From an uncultured Alphaproteobacteria bacterium (GTDB lineage Bacteria > Pseudomonadota > Alphaproteobacteria > Rs-D84), in NCBI GenBank assembly GCA_963540515.1, contig CAUTNA010000003.1:7301-71300 (forward strand): DNA of 64,000 nt. The letters run 5' to 3'. Made by a program: the position numbers and the translations under genes. Positions 59,909-64,000 of this stretch are shown in pieces; positions within the stretch are counted from its first letter, which is position 1, and each line of letters starts with the position of its first letter. Under the pieces are notes generated by a model. The model worked only from the letters and a program-made list of their open reading frames with translations, was not told the origin of the DNA and searched no databases.

Positions 59909-60556
59909 TTAAAACTTTAATATATTCCTGATTACTGGTATTGGTTTATTTATCTCTAGTGATATATTTTCTAATAATCTTTTTGTAGTATCTAATGAAA
60001 CTGGCATTTTTAATAACTTATTATCGTATATTTTTCCACAATTCTCACAAACAGCTCTTCCTGTTTTGGGTGATATGTATTTTAATTTATCTATATTTCC
60101 ACAATTACAACATTTTGATACATCTATTGCATAACCAAGATTTTTAAGAAAATTAATTTCCCAATTTAAATACATTTGTTCTATTTTATTCAATTCTAAA
60201 GTTTCTATAAAATTTAAAGTATCGTTAAATAATTCTTGATATTGTTCTCGTTCTGGCAAAAAACTATTAATCAATTCAAATAAATTAGATATTGCAAAAC
60301 TTGATTTAGCAATTGATATATGTTTAGCTATTAAATTTTTTTTCTCTTCAAAATGAAATATACCAAGTTGTGTATCTATTCTTGCAATCCAAGATACATT
60401 TCCAAAATTACCAACAAATGTTTTATTTTTTTTTATTTGACCTGATTTAATTATTCCTGAGATTACACCAAAATCTTTTGTAAAAATTTTTGCTATTAAA
60501 TCCTTATCCGAAAAAGGAGTAAGGCTTGTTATAAATCCGATTGAATCAAGTTGCAT
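59909..60556 (-). CDS. recO: DNA repair protein RecO
   Basis: MQLDSIGFITSLTPFSDKDLIAKIFTKDFGVISG (OB-fold N-terminus), zinc-finger CCNCG...CENCG. Start taken at ATG 60556 because the GTG at 60577 lies inside the rplI terminator hairpin. Confidence 0.85.
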   Translation of the reverse strand: MQLDSIGFITSLTPFSDKDLIAKIFTKDFGVISGIIKSGQIKKNKTFVGNFGNVSWIARIDTQLGIFHFEEKKNLIAKHISIAKSSFAISNLFELINSFLPEREQYQELFNDTLNFIETLELNKIEQMYLNWEINFLKNLGYAIDVSKCCNCGNIDKLKYISPKTGRAVCENCGKIYDNKLLKMPVSLDTTKRLLENISLEINKPIPVIRNILKF

Positions 60557-60568
60557 ATTATAAATTAA

Positions 60569-60590
60569 AAATCCCACAAAAGTGGGATTT
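60569..60590 (-). terminator. Hairpin/terminator directly after rplI
   Basis: aaatcccac-aaaa-gtgggattt; short T-run on the minus strand. Confidence 0.5.
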
Positions 60591-60591
60591 A

Positions 60592-61131
60592 TTATTTTTC
60601 TTCTTCAGTTTCTTCCACTTCTTCGACTTTGTTTTTATTAGAAAAGTCTAAAACTTTACCTTCTACTAAAGAATTTATTTCATCTTGTGTTTGTGCTACA
60701 TAAACTTTAACAGTTATAACTACATCAACATGTAAAGCTATTTTTACATCAAAAACACCAACAGATTTAATTGGACTTCCCAAAATAACCTGAGAAGATT
60801 CTAACTTTATACCTGTTTCTTCTTTTATTGCTTTTGCAATATCTCTATTTGAGACAGAACCGTAAAGTTGTCCAGTATCTCCTGCTTGTCTTATCATATA
60901 TATTTTTGCAGTTCTTACTTTTTCACTATTTTTTTCAGCATCAAGTTTTAAACCTTCTTGAGCTTTTAAAAGTGCTTCACGTTTTGTCTCAAAAATAGCT
61001 AAGTTTTCCTTAGAAAAACGCATAGCTTTTTTATTTGGAAATAAATAATTTCTTGCAAAACCTGTTTTTACTTCAACACTGTCTCCAATATTACCAAGTT
61101 TAGCAATTTTTTCTGTAAGAATAATTTTCAT
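60592..61131 (-). CDS. rplI: 50S ribosomal protein L9 with acidic tail
   Basis: MKIILTEKIAKLGNIGDSVEVKTGFARNYLFPNKKA. Confidence 0.95.
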   Translation of the reverse strand: MKIILTEKIAKLGNIGDSVEVKTGFARNYLFPNKKAMRFSKENLAIFETKREALLKAQEGLKLDAEKNSEKVRTAKIYMIRQAGDTGQLYGSVSNRDIAKAIKEETGIKLESSQVILGSPIKSVGVFDVKIALHVDVVITVKVYVAQTQDEINSLVEGKVLDFSNKNKVEEVEETEEEK

Positions 61132-61190
61132 AATTATCTGTCCTTATTTTTTATAACAAGTTAGGAATAAATTCCAAATTTATCTTTTTA

Positions 61191-61418
61191 TTAACCTAAA
61201 TGATTACGAACAAATGGCATAAGTCCCAAGTGTCTTGCACGTTTAATAGCGGTTGCAAGTGTTCTTTGATCTTTTTGTGATACTCCGCTTATACGACTTG
61301 GTACAATTTTACCACGTTCTGTAATGTAATGACTTAATAATTTTGTATCTTTGTAATCAATAATTTTACCTTTTAAAGGATTTGATTTTTTACGATAAAT
61401 TGCTGCTCTTACTGCCAT
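61191..61418 (-). CDS. rpsR: 30S ribosomal protein S18
   Basis: [50 protein letters not shown]. Confidence 0.95.
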   Translation of the reverse strand: MAVRAAIYRKKSNPLKGKIIDYKDTKLLSHYITERGKIVPSRISGVSQKDQRTLATAIKRARHLGLMPFVRNHLG

Positions 61419-61756
61419 TATTCAACCTCTTCAGTATTCTTTTTCATCATAATAGATGGAGTTTTTGATAATTCAGAAACTCGGATATTTAAAAATCTGA
61501 TTATATCTTCATCTATTCTTAATTTTCTTTCATATTCTCTTATATTCTCACCAGGCATTTCCATATTGAACATTATATAATGTGCCTTTCTGTTTTTTCT
61601 GATAACATAAGCAAGGTTTTTAAGTCCCCAAAATTCTGTAGACTTTACAGACCCTTTTAATTCTTTAATAATATTTTCAAATTTATTAGCTTTCTCTTTT
61701 ACTTGAGATTCAGCCATATCTTGGCGAAATACCAAGACACTTTCATAATATGCCAT
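61418..61756 (-). CDS. rpsF: 30S ribosomal protein S6
   Basis: [14 protein letters not shown]...[26 protein letters not shown]. 1-nt overlap with rpsR. Confidence 0.95.
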   Translation of the reverse strand: MAYYESVLVFRQDMAESQVKEKANKFENIIKELKGSVKSTEFWGLKNLAYVIRKNRKAHYIMFNMEMPGENIREYERKLRIDEDIIRFLNIRVSELSKTPSIMMKKNTEEVE

Positions 61757-61786
61757 TTTATTTCCTTTGGTCTTTTTGTTATTTTG

Positions 61787-61807
61787 GCTGATTAAAAAAT
61801 AATCAGC
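61787..61807 (-). promoter_or_regulatory. Hairpin in the rpsF 5' leader (possible S6:S18 autoregulatory element)
   Basis: Perfect 8-bp stem gctgatta / taatcagc with a 5-nt loop, about 30 nt upstream of the rpsF start and just before its AAAGGAAA SD. Confidence 0.3.
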
Positions 61808-61912
61808 AGGAACGAAGATATTATTGAAAATATATTTAATAAAATCAACTAAATAATCTATGTTGACTTTACATTATGATTTTTACTAGGATTAATTCAG
61901 TAGGTTGAAAAT

Positions 61913-62689
61913 ATGAATAATCAGTTCCACAGAAATTTAAATAGAATGACCTTATTCTCGGCGTTTGTATTGGTTGTTTTGATACTCTTTAGAACTCAAT
62001 TTTTAGATGTTGCAATTACAAATGTTTGGTTAAACGGAGTAATTATAGGAAGTACTATTTTTGGTATAGGACTTTGTTTTGTTGATATGTTTAAATTACT
62101 CCCAGAATACAGATGGATGCGTAAATATTTTAGAGGTGAAAGAAATTTGAAATTACCTCCTAAACTCTTGCGTCCTGTTGCTATTATTCTTGGACAGAGT
62201 AAAAACGGTGTTATGTCGGCATCAACTCTTCATGATTTTTTGAATATAATAATAAGTCGTTTTGAAGATCAAAGAGATACAATCAGGTATATTACTAATA
62301 CATTAGTATTTTTGGGATTGCTTGGTACATTTTGGGGATTAATTAATACGATTGGAGGATTTTCAGAACTTATAAAAATGTTAAATTTTGATGATGAAAA
62401 TGTTATGAATTCTCTACAATCTGGACTTACTAAACCTCTTGCTGGTATGGGAGTTGCATTTACGAGTTCGCTTTTTGGAATGACTGGAAGTCTTATAGTT
62501 GGATTTTTAGGGCTTCAAGTACAACTTGCTCAAAATACAATATTCAGAGAATTAGAAGAAAATTTATCACAAAGATCAAAAATTTTAGAATCAGATGAAG
62601 AAAGTGTTTTATCTTCTATATCTAAGACTGCAGAAAGACTTGCAAATTCAGTTGAAAGTCTAGAAAGAAGTGTTTCTAAAATTAAATAA
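61913..62689 (+). CDS. MotA/TolQ/ExbB-family proton channel protein
   Basis: Three or four TM segments. Family signature region LGLLGTFWGLINTIGGF ... LAGMGVAFTSSLFGMTGSLIVGFLG. Confidence 0.8.
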   Translation: MNNQFHRNLNRMTLFSAFVLVVLILFRTQFLDVAITNVWLNGVIIGSTIFGIGLCFVDMFKLLPEYRWMRKYFRGERNLKLPPKLLRPVAIILGQSKNGVMSASTLHDFLNIIISRFEDQRDTIRYITNTLVFLGLLGTFWGLINTIGGFSELIKMLNFDDENVMNSLQSGLTKPLAGMGVAFTSSLFGMTGSLIVGFLGLQVQLAQNTIFRELEENLSQRSKILESDEESVLSSISKTAERLANSVESLERSVSKIK

Positions 62690-62709
62690 AAAAATTGGAG
62701 GAGAGAGAA

Positions 62710-63783
62710 ATGTTAAACTCAAGACTAACAGAAAAAACAAACAGATGGCCAGGATTTGTAGATTTGTTCTCTAATCTTGTAATGATACTAATATTTTTGT
62801 TAATAGTTTTTGTATTTTTATGGACAACTACCAATGTATTTAATAAAGGTGGAACTAAAAAGATAGAAGAACTAAAAAGAAGTAATGAAGTCCAAGCTGG
62901 TACTATTGCTCAGATGAGTGAGGATGAAAGAGAAGCAAAAGATTTACTTATTATGGCAAAAAGTGAGATTGAAACTTTGCAGTCAGATGTTGGTAAATTA
63001 ACTGAACAGTTGCAAGAAAAAGATATTTCTTCTAAAGACATGATTGCTGGTTATGAATCAAGAATTTCTGAATTAGAAAGTAATAAATCAAGTATGCAGG
63101 CAATAATTGATAGTCTTAATCAAGAATTAACTATGGCTAAATCTGATGATGAAAAAAAGAATTTACAGGCTGAGATAGAATCATTGACTCAAAAAATATC
63201 AGATTTGCAAGCTCTTCTTGATAGTTCAGAAGAAAAAGCAAGACAACAAGATATTCAGTATACAGAACTTTCACAAAGATTAAATAAGGCACTTGCTGAT
63301 AAGGTTGCAGAATTAAATAAAGTTGCAGAATTTCAATCTGAATTTTATAAAGCAATAAAGCTGGCACTTGGTGATAGAACAACAATTCGTCAAGAAGGGG
63401 ACAGGTTTATAATCTCCAGTGATATTTTATTTGGTTCAGGACAATATAAATTATCACCTGAGGGTAAAAAACAATTACAATTAATTGCAAATGTTATAAA
63501 AGACTTAGAAAATAAAATTCCAAGTAGTATAAATTGGATTATAAGGGTTGATGGACATACAGATAAAGTAAAAGTTGTATCAAATAATAGGGCTTTTAAA
63601 AACAATACTGAGTTATCTTTACTAAGGGCAACTGCTGTTGCTGATACTTTATCTTATTTTGGAGTTTCTAAAAGAAGACTAATTCCAAGTGGTTTTGGTG
63701 AGATGTATCCAGTAGAACTTGGAAATACTCAGAAAGAATTACAAAAAAACAGAAGAATTGAACTTCGTTTAACAAACAGATAA
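62710..63783 (+). CDS. MotB/OmpA-family peptidoglycan-binding protein with ~150-aa coiled-coil insert
   Basis: GGAGGAG SD before the ATG at 62710. MotB-like N-terminus RWPGFVDLFSNLVMILIFLLIVF, long E/K/Q/L coiled coil, then an OmpA-like C-terminus (FGSGQYKLS...VDGHTD...LSLLRATAV...NRRIELRL). Confidence 0.8.
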   Translation: MLNSRLTEKTNRWPGFVDLFSNLVMILIFLLIVFVFLWTTTNVFNKGGTKKIEELKRSNEVQAGTIAQMSEDEREAKDLLIMAKSEIETLQSDVGKLTEQLQEKDISSKDMIAGYESRISELESNKSSMQAIIDSLNQELTMAKSDDEKKNLQAEIESLTQKISDLQALLDSSEEKARQQDIQYTELSQRLNKALADKVAELNKVAEFQSEFYKAIKLALGDRTTIRQEGDRFIISSDILFGSGQYKLSPEGKKQLQLIANVIKDLENKIPSSINWIIRVDGHTDKVKVVSNNRAFKNNTELSLLRATAVADTLSYFGVSKRRLIPSGFGEMYPVELGNTQKELQKNRRIELRLTNR

Positions 63784-63854
63784 AGAAACATCTTGAGTTA
63801 TCTATATATATTTTTCTAAGATAACTCAAGGTATTTTTATTGTGAAGTTTAAAA

Positions 63855-64000
63855 ATGTTAAATTGTACCAATACACTTTTATTTTATTTCAATAAATTAT
63901 TAAAATTTTTTATATTTATACTTTTTGTATCAATAAATTTTAATGCTTATTCACAAGAACCACCACTACCACCAGAAGGACCACCACCTCCTCCTCCGAG
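63855..64000 (+). CDS. Secreted proline-rich protein, N-terminal fragment (runs off window end)
   Basis: Own translation: MLNCTNTLLFYFNKLLKFFIFILFVSINFNAYSQEPPLPPEGPPPPPP... Signal-peptide-like start, then a Pro run; GC-rich relative to its surroundings. Confidence 0.45.
   Translation, partial: MLNCTNTLLFYFNKLLKFFIFILFVSINFNAYSQEPPLPPEGPPPPPP

Noticed and set aside
60557-60577. GTG start of recO at 60577
   Set aside because: The GTG lies within the rplI terminator hairpin. ATG 60556 gives the conserved MQLDSIGFI RecO N-terminus.
61913-63783. Zorya-type anti-phage system (ZorA/ZorB)
   Set aside because: The MotA-like protein is only 258 aa and lacks the long ZorA tail. No ZorC/D/E-like helicase or nuclease genes follow. 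The coiled coil is on the MotB-like partner instead.

Overview
Strongly AT-rich bacterial chromosomal segment, densely coding. It is most likely from a low-GC alphaproteobacterium. The evidence is a permuted two-piece tmRNA with tag ANDTVRFAMAA, an frr-uppS-cdsA-rseP-bamA block and an rpsF-rpsR-rplI block. Recognisable housekeeping genes: rpsB-tsf, rpsP, lptB (plus an LptC-like gene), rho, era-queA-tgt, ackA, obg, prfB (canonical +1 frameshift), rfbABCD (as rfbA-C-D-B), frr, uppS, cdsA, rseP, bamA, yraN, a DsbA-like oxidoreductase, dnaB, recO, rplI-rpsR-rpsF. There are three tRNAs: Lys-UUU, Ala-GGC and His-GUG with encoded G-1. A complete type I R-M system (hsdM-hsdS-hsdR) lies between the rfb operon and tRNA-Ala. 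No rRNA, CRISPR array, transposase or integrase was seen. Between the core genes are many lineage-specific genes for signal-peptide, Cys-rich or lipoproteins. The most unusual signal is a family of three secreted proteins (15379-16209 minus strand, 29703-30719, 33595-34272). Their N-terminal regions are unrelated, but all end in a near-identical 72-aa (219-nt) C-terminal module containing a glycine-zipper-like helix. Each sits next to a different Cys-rich secreted protein gene. Other candidates: an orphan cluster after bamA (small lipoprotein, two paralogous VirB8-like bitopic proteins, one secreted protein); a tightly overlapping five-gene operon after obg that includes an HExxH protein, an outer-membrane barrel and a lipoprotein; a 12-nt repeat in the hsdS spacer region; a MotA/MotB-like pair with a long coiled coil; and a catalytically degenerate PFK-like gene. 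All functional calls come from reading the supplied translations and my own translation of unlisted frames. No database search was run.
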